Virus record (IMG/VR): IMGVR_UViG_3300012346_000469
DNA from: an uncultured virus (IMG/VR IMGVR_UViG_3300012346_000469)
Lineage: Duplodnaviria > Heunggongvirae > Uroviricota > Caudoviricetes
Strand: one strand, 5' to 3'
Length of the DNA: 20,000 nt
Shown: one piece after another, positions 1 to 9,636 of the stretch
Numbering within the stretch: the first letter of the stretch is position 1
Layout of the letters: each line of letters starts with the position of its first letter
Program-made: the position numbers and the translations under genes
The notes under the pieces: model-generated
Database searches by the model: none
What the model saw: the letters and a program-made list of their open reading frames with translations, nothing else
Told to the model about the DNA's origin: nothing

Positions 1-908
1 AAAAGCCAACCGCCGAAAGCGTGAATGCTGGCATTGCCGGCCTTCTGCCACCTGAGCTGCAAGATGCAGCCCGCAAAAAGCGCGCCGAAGAAGCTCAGGC
101 TCGCATGGCTGAATCCCAAAAGGCATATGAATCTTCCAAGCCGAGCGGCCTGGATAACCTGATCCGAACGTTTGGCCAAGCTGGCCAGTACAAAGGCCTG
201 TCTGGCCTTGGCCCAGCCTACACGCAAGCCCAAGACCAGCAGCGCGCCCGTGATGCAGCCTTCCGCAAAGAGCAGGAAACCATGCGTTCTGGTGCAGAAA
301 AGCAGCAACTTGAAGAGGCAGCAGGCCTGTTTGGCGCTCGCTCCAAACAATACGCCAGCGAGATGGAAGGGTATCGTCGTGAGCTGGCAAGCCGCAAGGA
401 AGCCTTGGCAAGCATTGCTGGTGCAGATCAACGCGCCATTGATGCTGCCTTGGGTCGCATGAATGACGCCGAGCTGACAAAGCTGAAAATTGCCGCTGAC
501 AAAGCCAATGCATTGCGCCCAGGCGAAGGCATGCAAGTGACTGCTCAAATCCTAAAGCTGCGCGCAGAAGGCAAGAACAAAGAAGCTGATGCCTTGCTGG
601 AAACTTTCACCCAAGTGAAGTCCGTTGGTGTGGCTGGCGTTGGTTCGGAGCGAAACGCAATCCAACAGAAGCGCCTGCAGTTGCAATCCTGGAAAGACAT
701 TCGCGAAAACGGCGAAACTGATGCCGAGCGCAAAGAGGCGGCTCAAAAGATTTTGCAGATCACTCGCGATATTCAAAAACTTGAATCTGGTGAGGATGTG
801 GCGCCATCCATGACAATGGATGATGTGCGCGCAACGGCCAAATCTAGTGGAAAATCAGAGGCCGAAGTCATCGCTGCAGCAAAAGCTCGCGGCTACACCA
901 TCAAGTAA
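1..908 (+). CDS. Probable internal virion/DNA-ejection protein (5' truncated by window edge)
   Basis: Frame stays open to the left edge (KPTAES precedes GTG at 21). Ala/Gln/Lys-rich helical sequence directly upstream of the giant polyvalent protein. Confidence 0.6.
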   Translation, partial: KPTAESVNAGIAGLLPPELQDAARKKRAEEAQARMAESQKAYESSKPSGLDNLIRTFGQAGQYKGLSGLGPAYTQAQDQQRARDAAFRKEQETMRSGAEKQQLEEAAGLFGARSKQYASEMEGYRRELASRKEALASIAGADQRAIDAALGRMNDAELTKLKIAADKANALRPGEGMQVTAQILKLRAEGKNKEADALLETFTQVKSVGVAGVGSERNAIQQKRLQLQSWKDIRENGETDAERKEAAQKILQITRDIQKLESGEDVAPSMTMDDVRATAKSSGKSEAEVIAAAKARGYTIK

Positions 909-917
909 GGAGAAATC

Positions 918-3900
918 ATGGCCGGTCGTGATCTGAGTGCGGAGCTTTTTGGGAGCCCCGCAAAACCTGGGGCTGGTCGTGATTTAAGCGCCGAACTCTT
1001 TGGAGAAAAACCAAAAGAAGAAGGCTTCTTCAGCAACATTGGCAAGCTGGCCTACGAAGGCGGTGAGCGTGCAATTGGCGCGGCCAAGGTGTCGCCGTCC
1101 GTCATCTCTGGCAACGTCGGCCCAGAGCAGGCCGGCATCATTTCCCAGCAGCTGTCGATGAAGCCTGCTGTTCAACCCAAAGAGCTGACCGAAGTGCAAG
1201 GCGCATTTAAAGACGAAGCGGAAGCTCTGACCAAGGCCAAAGGCTTCACCGAGAGCGTGGGCCCTGCTCTGCAATTCATGGGCGAGCTTGGCAAGCAGGC
1301 CCTCACAAACCCAAAGGGTGTTGCATACCTGACCGCTCAGAGCGCAGCCAATATGGCGCCATCGATCGCGGGCATGATTGCCGGCGGCAAGGGTGGTGCT
1401 GCACTGGGGTCGCTTGCTGGGCCGGGCGGCGCTGGCATTGGCGCATTGACTGGTTCGATTGCCGGTGGTTTTGCTGGCAGCGCCCCCATGGAGATCGGCT
1501 CCGAGTTCATGGACAACGTTGGCAAAGAGCTGCGCACCCGCGGCATGGAGCCCACCGAAGACAACGTCAAGGCTTTGCTGCAAGACAAGGCGTTCGTCGA
1601 CAAAGCTGTGTCCGAAGCCCGCACCAAAGGCGTCACAACTGCTGGTGTTGATGCCCTCACAACCGCTGGTGCTGGCCGATATGCCACCGGTCCTGCGCGC
1701 GCCGCGATGAAGACCGCCCAGGCCGAGCTTGGCGCTGTTGCAGACGCAGCAAAAGTCGCCTCGCGGGCCGAAGAAATTCTCAAGCAAGGAACCAAGGCTG
1801 AGCGTGCCGGCCGTGCCGTGAAGCGTGGTGCTGGCGCCGTCGGCATTGACGTGCTTGGCGGTGGCGCATCCGAGGCCGCTGGCCAGTACGCCGCCTACGG
1901 TGAAGTTGATGTCGCATCGCTTGGCCCTGAAATGCTGGGCGAGCTGGGCGGCTCTGCCATTGAGGTGCCCGGAGCAGCCTATGCCACCGGCAAAGACGCC
2001 CTCAGAAGCAAGGCCAAAAAGGATGCGGCCGAAATCCTGAGCAAGGAGCAGCCCGCTCAGCCCGAGCAGCCAAAGGACATTGCATCTGCACTCAAGGCTG
2101 CCGGCATGCAAGAAACGCAGCCCACCGACCTGGATGAGCTCGAGCGCCGCACGGGCATGGCCAGCTTCAAAGAGGAGCCTGCCGCCGAGCCGGTCAAGCC
2201 TGCCGCCACCGTGACGCCTCCTGCGCCCATTGCTGAGCCGGCCAAGGCTGCCGCGCCAGCAGCTCCAGTATTTGAGCCAGCAGTGACTCCGGTTGAGGCT
2301 GCCGCACCAGTTGCAGAAAAGCCTGCCGTCGAAGAAACACCAGAGCAAAAGCTGAAACGCCTGTCGCAGCGCCAAGCTCGAATGAGCGATGCTTTCCGAG
2401 AGGGCGTCATCACCAATCAGGAATACGAATCTTACAAAGCTGAGCTTGAGGCTGCCCGCGCTGCAGCCAAAGGCGCGCCAGTTGATGTCGGCACACTGAG
2501 CCCCGCCAAGCAAGAAATCCTCAAGATCGCTGACCAGCTTGAGGCGGCTGGCGTCAAGGGAATTCCAGACGGAATGCGCTTGAATGCCAAGCCCGAATCT
2601 CGTGAGCCGACAGAACAGCAATTGGACTTCTACCGTTCCAAGCTGAACGAGCTGGCAAAGCCAAAAGAGAACGCAGAGGTCGAGCAAACTCCATACGGCT
2701 TGCCTGAGTTCTTTGCCGACAATGCCAAGGATTTGGCGCGCATCAATGGCCTGATGAAGTCTGGCCAGCCAAAGGTGCGTTTTGCACTGGGCGAGGCAAG
2801 CGATGCAATCCAAAAGCTGGCCGACACAATTCAGAATGCAGGCTACAGCATGGACAGCCTGGTGCCCGGCCAAGTGCCGCCAGCCATCCTCCGCTTAAAG
2901 ACCCAGATCGGCCAGATTGCCGCAGGAGCCAGTCGCCTTGCCAACAACGCAGAGGCTGTTCAAAAAGGTCACAAGCGTGCCAACCCAGGACGCATCAAGA
3001 CCGATGCTCAAGAGTTGCTGAACGACATTCAGAACGCCGACGAGCTGACGGCATACGACCAGAACATCCCCACTGCCACCGAGCAGATGGAAGGTGCTGA
3101 GGTCCCGACGTCGCCAGAGGTTGAAGAGCTGATGGACAAGCAGCGCAAGGCCACCGCAGACATTGAAACTTTGAGCAAGCGCACGGCCGGCACCAGCTTG
3201 ATGAAGGTGCTGGAAGGCCAGCTGGCGGATGGCGAAATCTCTGAGCTCGGCGGCAAGGCACGCAAGATCGGGAAGAACCCGTTCATCTCGCTCGTGGCCA
3301 AGAAGGGCAAGCCTGGCGCCTCCATGGAAAACATGGTGGAAAGCGGCTCGCTTGACCTGTTCCTGCCAGAAGAGATGCGCCCAGGGGCAGAAGGTTACGA
3401 CAACCAAGAGTCGGCCGAATACATCCGTGAGAAGCTGCGCGCCGGCGAGTTCTATACGAACGACATGCGTCAGGAAATCGATGCCGTGCAGCGCGGCGTC
3501 TGGGAACTCGAAAAAGAGATCGAAGAGCTGCTGACCATCGAAGACATCAACAAGGAGATTCAATATGCCCTCGAAGAACAAAGACGAGCTGATCAAGAAG
3601 CTGCGGAGCCTGCCGCCCCAAAAGAGACTGGAGCTGCTGCGCAAGGCCCTGAGCAAAAAGCAGAAGAGCTGATCACCTCACAGACGGAAGAAGAGCTCAA
3701 GCGCAAGCAAGCTGAGATCGACCGTCTGAGCAAAGAGAACGAGCGCCTGGCCAAAGAGGCTGAGCGCAAAGCCAAGGCCGACGAAGAGGCGAGCGACTTT
3801 GTGCTGACCGGCAGTGACCGCACAGCTGACAAGGCTGCTGCGCGCGGCCAGATGGAGCTGGTTGAAGAGCCTGTTGCGGAGGAGTACCCGGACACTTACA

Positions 3901-6900
3901 TGGGCGCACTTCAATCTGCTGGTTTCAAGAAAATTCCAAGAGGTAACAATCGAGCGTACAAAGATGCGGACGGGAAAGAATACACAACGCTTGAGCGAGA
4001 TGGTGTTCGCGTTGTTGTGCGCTCTGCGACATCATTGCAAACAGATGATCTTGGCGGCGTTGATGTTTATCAGGGCGATCCAAATGAATGGACGATCCAA
4101 GCTCTGATCGTTGACAAAGACAAACGCAATCAAGGTTTGGCATCCCAGGCAATGCAGGACATTGTTGATGCCGCCGGCGAGTACGACATTGATTTGTACC
4201 TCGAGCCGACTGCAATTGAAGGCGGCAAGATGTCGAAAGACGAGCTTGCAAACTTATATTCAAAATTTGGCTTCAAGTACCAGTTCGGGACTCTTGGCGG
4301 AAAGTCCGTCATGTTCCGTGAAGCAAAAGGCGACGGCACAGAGTCTTTGCAGGCCGCCGAAAAAGGCCAGACCGGCTACAACATTGATCCCGAAGATCAA
4401 CGCATTGAGAAAGAGCTGACCGGCAAGACCATGCTGCAGGCTGCAGACTGGTCGGTGAAGAACGCTCCGAACGCTTTCATGCGTGTGATTGCGGAGAAGG
4501 TGCGCAATCGCCTGCGTGAGCTGGAGCGCCGCGGCGTCGAGTTTGAGTTCAAGGTCGAAGGCGGCAACATGCGCAGCCGCGATATGTTCAGCGGCCGTGG
4601 GATCACGAATTTCAAGTGGGATGAAGAGCAGTCCAAAATCAGCGTCAGGCTAAATGGCGCTGCTGTTATGGACAACCAAAATGGCTATCCACCTGGTACG
4701 CGTTACGAGACATTGCTGCACGAGCTGCTGCACGTTGCAACTCGCGCCCAGTTCAAATTCCTGTCGCCAGACAGCAGCATGGGCAAGCAGCTGGTCGAGT
4801 TGTCTGATGCCATCATCAAGCGCTACAACGCTGACGCCAAGGCCGGCAAGCTGCCTCCCATCATGGAGCGGTATTGGAAAAACCGGAACAACGTACTGGA
4901 AGACCCAGACGAAATCCTGGCCTGGGGCCTGACCAACAAAGAAGTTCAGGAATATTTTGCCGACATCAAGGTGGGCGAGAAGTCCGCCATGACTCGACTG
5001 GTCGAACTGATCCGCGAAGTGCTGGGTCTGGGCAAGCCATACGAGTCGGCACTTGATCGCCTGGTCACGGTGTCTGAGTCCATGCTGGACACGAACGTTG
5101 GCGAGATCGAGTCGCTCATGAGCGTGCGCGGCAAGAAGCTGGGCAAAGCAAGGGCGCCCGTGCAGGAGAGTCTGTTCCAGCGTGAAAAGACATTGTCAAC
5201 AGGCAGCCCTGCATTCAAGCGTTGGTTCGGCAAGAGCAAGGCTGTTGACGCCAACGGCAAGCCTTTGGTGGTTTATCACGGCACGCAAAATGATTTCAGC
5301 GAGTTTAGTCTGCGCAATCGCCGCAAGGATCAGGGCAACAACCAGTTTGGCCCGGGCTACTACACAACCACAAGCGCAACCGGTGCTGGCGGCTATGCAA
5401 GCGGAGATGGCGCAAACATCTTGCCGCTGTACCTGAGCATTCAAAACCCGATTGATCTTGACACGCCAGCTTTTGGCCGATCAGTGATTGAGCGGTTGAT
5501 GCGTGCCTCGCCTGACTTTGACGACTCTTTGTCCAACTTTGGCGATGTCGGCTACGAAGGTGAGCGCAAGGTTTTGCGTGGCGCTATTGATGGCTTTTCT
5601 GGGTACGAAAATGCACTCCAGCAACTGAGCACACTCCAGCGAGACTTCTGGCCTGGCAATGAGGATGGATTCCTCAAGGCGGCCAAAGAAATTACAGGTC
5701 ATGATGGCGTTGAAGTTGACAACGGTGGGGCGGGCAAGTTTTTCATTGTCTGGACACCCGAGCAAATCAAATCCGCCACCGGAAACCGCGGCACCTACGA
5801 CCCCGCAGACCGCGACATTCGCCACCAGCGTGAAAACGTTTTGGGCGAGCCTGTCGCTGGCAACTGGACGCTGCAGCCCGACACCAAGCTGGACTTGAAA
5901 GACGGCTTCATCTACAAGATGCTCGACAAAAACATCGACATCAAGCGCGTCATTGAGGCCATCACCAAAGAGTCTGGCGAGCTGATGTCGCGCTGGAATC
6001 CGTACCTTCAGGAAGAGCTGTACCACGGCCGCACGGCCAAGGAAACTCAGGACTTCATGTCCAAAGAGATGAAGCCTTTGCTGCAAGACATGAAGCGGGA
6101 CAACATCACCATTGGTGAGTTTGAGCAGTACCTGCAGAACCGTCACGCCGAGGAATACAACAAGCAAGTCGCCAAGGTCAACAAGGGCAACGACGACATG
6201 CAAGACGGCGGGTCAGGCATCCTGACCGAAGACGCGCAGAAGTACCTGGCTGATTTGCCTGAAGACAAACGTTCCAAGTACGAGGCTTTGGCCAAACGCA
6301 TCGACTCCATCACCAAAGGCACGCGAGAAATCTTGGTCAAGAGCGGCATGGAAAGCCGTGAGACGATTAACGCATGGGAAGCAGCCTTCCCACACTACGT
6401 GCCGTTGCAGCGCGAGGACGGTGACTTCGAGTACACCACCAGCAGCACCGGCACCGGCCGCGGCTTTGATGTGCGTGGCGCCTTCAGCCGCCGGGCAATG
6501 GGCTCCAAGCGACAGGTCGTGGACATCATGGCCAACATCGCTTTGGCTCGTGAGCGCGCCATCGTTAAGGCTAATAAGAACAGAGTGGCCCAGGCCGTGT
6601 ATGGCCTCGCTGTGCAGAACGCAAACCCTGACTTTTGGCTGGCCGTCAACCCGTTGGCCGAGAAGGTGCCGCCGTTAGCGATCGAAGAGCTGCGCGACAT
6701 GGGCATCGACGAAGAGGCGATCGAGTTCTTGATGAAAGAGCCCCGCCAGCGCGCCGTTGATCCAAAGAAGGGCCAGGTTGTCAGCCGCATCAACACGATG
6801 CTGCGCAACAGCGACTACGTCCTGTCGATGCGCTTGAACGGCGAGAACCGCTACGTGTTTTTTAACCAGAGCGACCCACGCGCAAAGCGTGCCGTCACTG

Positions 6901-8537
6901 CGCTGAAGAACCTGGACGCCGAGCAGCTTGGCGCGGTGATGGGCACTCTTGCCAAGGTCACGCGCTGGATGGCTGCGGTCAACACCCAGTACAACCCAAT
7001 CTTTGGCGCGTACAACTTCTTGCGCGACGTTCAGGGCGCCGCCTTGCAGTTGTCTGACACGCCACTGGCTGGTAAGCAAAAGCAAGTGATTGCTGGAACT
7101 ATGCCCGCCTTGAAGGCCATCTACGCCAGCATGCGCGCCGACCGCAAAGGCAAAGAGGCGGACACAGAGATGGCCAAGCTCTGGGCTGACTTCCAGAAGG
7201 CTGGAGGCCAGACCGGTTTCCGCGACATGTACAGCCGATCACAGGATCGCGCAGAGGCCCTGCAAAAAGAGCTGGCCATGATGTCCGAGGGCAAGATCAA
7301 TGGAGCCCGCCGAGCCGTGCTTGGTTGGCTGTCGGACTACAACGACACCATGGAAAACGCTGTTCGTCTGTCGGCATACAAGGAAGCACTGGACAGCGGC
7401 ATTGGTCGCGACGAAGCTGCATCGATTGCCAAGAACCTGACGGTCAACTTCAACAAGAAGGGCCAGATTGCAACACAGGCTGGCGCGCTGTACGCCTTCT
7501 TCAACGCGGCCATGCAGGGCACCGCTCGCTTGCACAAGACTTTGACTGGCCCAGCCGGCAAGAAGATCATGGCCGGTGGCTTGCTGCTTGGCGCAATGCA
7601 GGCAGCGCTTTTGGCATTCGCTGGCTTCGATGACGAAGAGCCACCAGAGTTTGTGCGCGAGCGCAACGTCATCATTCCGATCGGCGGCAAAAAGTACGTC
7701 ATGTTCCCAATGCCCTTGGGCTACCACGTCATCCCCGGCACCAGCCGCATCATGACCGAGTGGGCCATGTCCGGCTTCAAGAACACCGGCGACCGCATTG
7801 CGTCGCTGACAGGCATGTACCTGGAAGCGTTCAACCCGATCGGCAACGCCGGCTGGTCTGTGCAGACAATCGCTCCAACCTTTGCTGACCCGATCGTGGC
7901 GCTGGCCGAGAACCGCGACTGGACGGGCAAGCCGATTGCCAAGAAGGACTTCAACAGCCTTGATCCAACGCCAGGCTACCTGCGCGCCAAGGATGCGGCC
8001 AGCTGGCTGTCAACGAAGTTGGCCAAGTTCATGAACTACGCCAGTGGCGGCACCAAGTACCAGCCTGGATTGGCCAGCCCAACACCAGACCAGATCGACT
8101 ATCTGATTGGCCAGGCCACCGGCGGCTTGGGTCGCGAGTTGCTGAAGGCGTCAACCAGCGTGGAAAAAACGTACACAGGTGAAGAGCTGCCCGTGTACAA
8201 GATTCCAGTGGTTGGTCGCTTCTACGGTGAAACCACCGGCTCGGCCGCGGAGGCAAGTCGCTTCTACAAAAACCTGGAGCGTATCAACAAGCTGGAAAAC
8301 GAAGTCAAGGGGCGCCGCGAGAACAAAGAGCCGCTTGGTGATTTCATTTCGGAAAACCCAGAGGTTCGCCTGGCCAAGCGTGCTCACGAAATTCAGAGCG
8401 ACATCAAGAAGCTGCGTGAGCGCAAAGAGAAGCTGGTGGACCGCAAGGCGCCTCGCGAGTCGGTCAAAGTGGTGGAAGAGCAGATCACTCGGAAGATGAA
8501 ATTGCTCAATGATCGGGTGGCTGAGTTCAACAAGTGA
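918..8537 (+). CDS. Large polyvalent protein (probable ejected virion protein) with GNAT, zincin metallopeptidase, ART-PolyVal-like and LPD38-like domains
   Basis: SD AAGGAG at 907-912. GNAT motif VDKDKRNQGLAS...LYSKFGF (nt ~4090-4275). HELLH at 4719-4733. FKRWFG..GKPLVVYHGT..GPGYY..YLSIQNP..DGV..QIKSATGNRGTYD (nt ~5200-5820). C-terminal FPMPLGY..NRDWTGKPI..PDQIDYLI..TGGLG resembles LPD38. Confidence 0.85.
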   Translation: MAGRDLSAELFGSPAKPGAGRDLSAELFGEKPKEEGFFSNIGKLAYEGGERAIGAAKVSPSVISGNVGPEQAGIISQQLSMKPAVQPKELTEVQGAFKDEAEALTKAKGFTESVGPALQFMGELGKQALTNPKGVAYLTAQSAANMAPSIAGMIAGGKGGAALGSLAGPGGAGIGALTGSIAGGFAGSAPMEIGSEFMDNVGKELRTRGMEPTEDNVKALLQDKAFVDKAVSEARTKGVTTAGVDALTTAGAGRYATGPARAAMKTAQAELGAVADAAKVASRAEEILKQGTKAERAGRAVKRGAGAVGIDVLGGGASEAAGQYAAYGEVDVASLGPEMLGELGGSAIEVPGAAYATGKDALRSKAKKDAAEILSKEQPAQPEQPKDIASALKAAGMQETQPTDLDELERRTGMASFKEEPAAEPVKPAATVTPPAPIAEPAKAAAPAAPVFEPAVTPVEAAAPVAEKPAVEETPEQKLKRLSQRQARMSDAFREGVITNQEYESYKAELEAARAAAKGAPVDVGTLSPAKQEILKIADQLEAAGVKGIPDGMRLNAKPESREPTEQQLDFYRSKLNELAKPKENAEVEQTPYGLPEFFADNAKDLARINGLMKSGQPKVRFALGEASDAIQKLADTIQNAGYSMDSLVPGQVPPAILRLKTQIGQIAAGASRLANNAEAVQKGHKRANPGRIKTDAQELLNDIQNADELTAYDQNIPTATEQMEGAEVPTSPEVEELMDKQRKATADIETLSKRTAGTSLMKVLEGQLADGEISELGGKARKIGKNPFISLVAKKGKPGASMENMVESGSLDLFLPEEMRPGAEGYDNQESAEYIREKLRAGEFYTNDMRQEIDAVQRGVWELEKEIEELLTIEDINKEIQYALEEQRRADQEAAEPAAPKETGAAAQGPEQKAEELITSQTEEELKRKQAEIDRLSKENERLAKEAERKAKADEEASDFVLTGSDRTADKAAARGQMELVEEPVAEEYPDTYMGALQSAGFKKIPRGNNRAYKDADGKEYTTLERDGVRVVVRSATSLQTDDLGGVDVYQGDPNEWTIQALIVDKDKRNQGLASQAMQDIVDAAGEYDIDLYLEPTAIEGGKMSKDELANLYSKFGFKYQFGTLGGKSVMFREAKGDGTESLQAAEKGQTGYNIDPEDQRIEKELTGKTMLQAADWSVKNAPNAFMRVIAEKVRNRLRELERRGVEFEFKVEGGNMRSRDMFSGRGITNFKWDEEQSKISVRLNGAAVMDNQNGYPPGTRYETLLHELLHVATRAQFKFLSPDSSMGKQLVELSDAIIKRYNADAKAGKLPPIMERYWKNRNNVLEDPDEILAWGLTNKEVQEYFADIKVGEKSAMTRLVELIREVLGLGKPYESALDRLVTVSESMLDTNVGEIESLMSVRGKKLGKARAPVQESLFQREKTLSTGSPAFKRWFGKSKAVDANGKPLVVYHGTQNDFSEFSLRNRRKDQGNNQFGPGYYTTTSATGAGGYASGDGANILPLYLSIQNPIDLDTPAFGRSVIERLMRASPDFDDSLSNFGDVGYEGERKVLRGAIDGFSGYENALQQLSTLQRDFWPGNEDGFLKAAKEITGHDGVEVDNGGAGKFFIVWTPEQIKSATGNRGTYDPADRDIRHQRENVLGEPVAGNWTLQPDTKLDLKDGFIYKMLDKNIDIKRVIEAITKESGELMSRWNPYLQEELYHGRTAKETQDFMSKEMKPLLQDMKRDNITIGEFEQYLQNRHAEEYNKQVAKVNKGNDDMQDGGSGILTEDAQKYLADLPEDKRSKYEALAKRIDSITKGTREILVKSGMESRETINAWEAAFPHYVPLQREDGDFEYTTSSTGTGRGFDVRGAFSRRAMGSKRQVVDIMANIALARERAIVKANKNRVAQAVYGLAVQNANPDFWLAVNPLAEKVPPLAIEELRDMGIDEEAIEFLMKEPRQRAVDPKKGQVVSRINTMLRNSDYVLSMRLNGENRYVFFNQSDPRAKRAVTALKNLDAEQLGAVMGTLAKVTRWMAAVNTQYNPIFGAYNFLRDVQGAALQLSDTPLAGKQKQVIAGTMPALKAIYASMRADRKGKEADTEMAKLWADFQKAGGQTGFRDMYSRSQDRAEALQKELAMMSEGKINGARRAVLGWLSDYNDTMENAVRLSAYKEALDSGIGRDEAASIAKNLTVNFNKKGQIATQAGALYAFFNAAMQGTARLHKTLTGPAGKKIMAGGLLLGAMQAALLAFAGFDDEEPPEFVRERNVIIPIGGKKYVMFPMPLGYHVIPGTSRIMTEWAMSGFKNTGDRIASLTGMYLEAFNPIGNAGWSVQTIAPTFADPIVALAENRDWTGKPIAKKDFNSLDPTPGYLRAKDAASWLSTKLAKFMNYASGGTKYQPGLASPTPDQIDYLIGQATGGLGRELLKASTSVEKTYTGEELPVYKIPVVGRFYGETTGSAAEASRFYKNLERINKLENEVKGRRENKEPLGDFISENPEVRLAKRAHEIQSDIKKLRERKEKLVDRKAPRESVKVVEEQITRKMKLLNDRVAEFNK

Positions 8538-8540
8538 TGA

Positions 8541-8576
8541 GGGACGGGAACTTATTTAAATAAGTTGCCGTGTCCC
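8541..8576. terminator. Palindromic hairpin at the convergent gene junction, possible bidirectional terminator or binding site
   Basis: Perfect palindrome AACTTATTTAAATAAGTT at 8549-8566, extended by GGGAC/GTCCC. No clear U-tract. Confidence 0.45.
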
Positions 8577-8592
8577 GAAAGTATTCAATCTG

Positions 8593-8859
8593 CTAATCGA
8601 TTGAATCTATAAGACGCTCAATTGTGACGTTGAGCGCATCCAATTCGTCCATCTTTTTGATGGCCCACATGCGCTTTTGGCCATGCCACCCGAGCACTGG
8701 GCCCTGGTGGCATGACTTGCACAGCGCAACGCACAGGTACTGCGATTCCTGCTTGATGTGGTGGGCATCACTGGGGCCGGCGGCGTCGCACACAGAGCAT
8801 GGCAGCATCTTCACCATGCTGATGTGCGCGCGCTGCTTGGCGGTCAGCTTGTTGTTCAC
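8593..8859 (-). CDS. Small Zn-binding HNH-like nuclease (Ref/DUF968-like)
   Basis: LPCSVC..SDAHHIK..LCKSCHQG motif pattern. Confidence 0.7.
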   Translation of the reverse strand: MNNKLTAKQRAHISMVKMLPCSVCDAAGPSDAHHIKQESQYLCVALCKSCHQGPVLGWHGQKRMWAIKKMDELDALNVTIERLIDSID

Positions 8860-9191
8860 TTGGACTTGCCCACGTCAAACCCAGCCTTGAGCCAGAACTT
8901 GCGCTCGCTGCGCAGCCGCTTGATTTCCGTGATGGCGGACAGCATCATGGATTTCAGCGGCGTGTCCTTTTGCTCGCGCATGTTGTCCTCAAGGATTGGA
9001 ACCACGTCAATGCCTGAATCAGCCCCTTGGCGGGCTGCCCATGCCATGGTCTTGTCGATGGCCTCCTTGGCCGCTGTGGCGCGCTCCTGAAGGCCTTCGT
9101 ACTGCTTGTGCAGCAACTGCTTCTCGATCGCCTTCAGCTGCACCTCTGCGCGCATCATGTGCGTGCTCCAGTCGTCCAGTTCAAAACTCAT
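8856..9191 (-). CDS. Hypothetical phage protein
   Basis: ATGA overlaps with both neighbours. Helical composition. Confidence 0.7.
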   Translation of the reverse strand: MSFELDDWSTHMMRAEVQLKAIEKQLLHKQYEGLQERATAAKEAIDKTMAWAARQGADSGIDVVPILEDNMREQKDTPLKSMMLSAITEIKRLRSERKFWLKAGFDVGKSK

Positions 9192-9412
9192 ACTTCCCTC
9201 GCTTTCAGCATGGCGTCTGCCAATTTGTAGGCATCCTCAGCGATGCGTTCAAAGCTGTGACCAGCCATCATCTGCATCGCCTTGGCCGCAAAGTAGTCGC
9301 GCAGGGTCATGCCCGATTGCTCACTTACTGCCCAATCAAGACCACTGCCGTTGTCGATGTATTCAAACGGTGCGCGTGGAAACGCTGGACCGCCTGTGTT
9401 TGTGTTGCTCAT
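9188..9412 (-). CDS. Conserved small phage protein (GGPAFP...GMTLRDYFAAKAMQ type)
   Basis: Recognisable widespread phage motif. ATGA coupling. Confidence 0.8.
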   Translation of the reverse strand: MSNTNTGGPAFPRAPFEYIDNGSGLDWAVSEQSGMTLRDYFAAKAMQMMAGHSFERIAEDAYKLADAMLKAREV

Positions 9413-9636
9413 ACTGCTCTCCGTTTCAACATTTCGTCCGCATGATCAAAGGCTGCCGCGTGAATGCTTGTGCGGCTGTCATCGTCAATGATGGCGCTCT
9501 TGTCGCCGTAATAGGCCAGCAGGCCCTGCAGCGCAAAGGCGGCAAAGAAGTCCTGCATCGTCAACTCCTGAATCGACACGGGGTCTTGCTTTGCAACCAA
9601 TGCCTCCAGGCCTTCACCCTTTGGTTTTCTTGCCAT
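9409..9636 (-). CDS. Small phage protein, paralog of the adjacent RDYFAA-type protein
   Basis: LTMQDFFAAFALQGLLA...AFDHADEMLKRR parallels TLRDYFAAKAMQ...AYKLADAMLKAR. Confidence 0.75.
   Translation of the reverse strand: MARKPKGEGLEALVAKQDPVSIQELTMQDFFAAFALQGLLAYYGDKSAIIDDDSRTSIHAAAFDHADEMLKRRAV

Noticed and set aside
984..2873. 629-aa antisense ORF and other long ORFs opposite the giant gene
   Set aside because: Shadow frames caused by codon bias of the real + strand gene; no recognisable motifs.
8549..8566. dif site or protelomerase site
   Set aside because: No XerC/XerD arm consensus, short for telRL, and no recombinase gene in the window.
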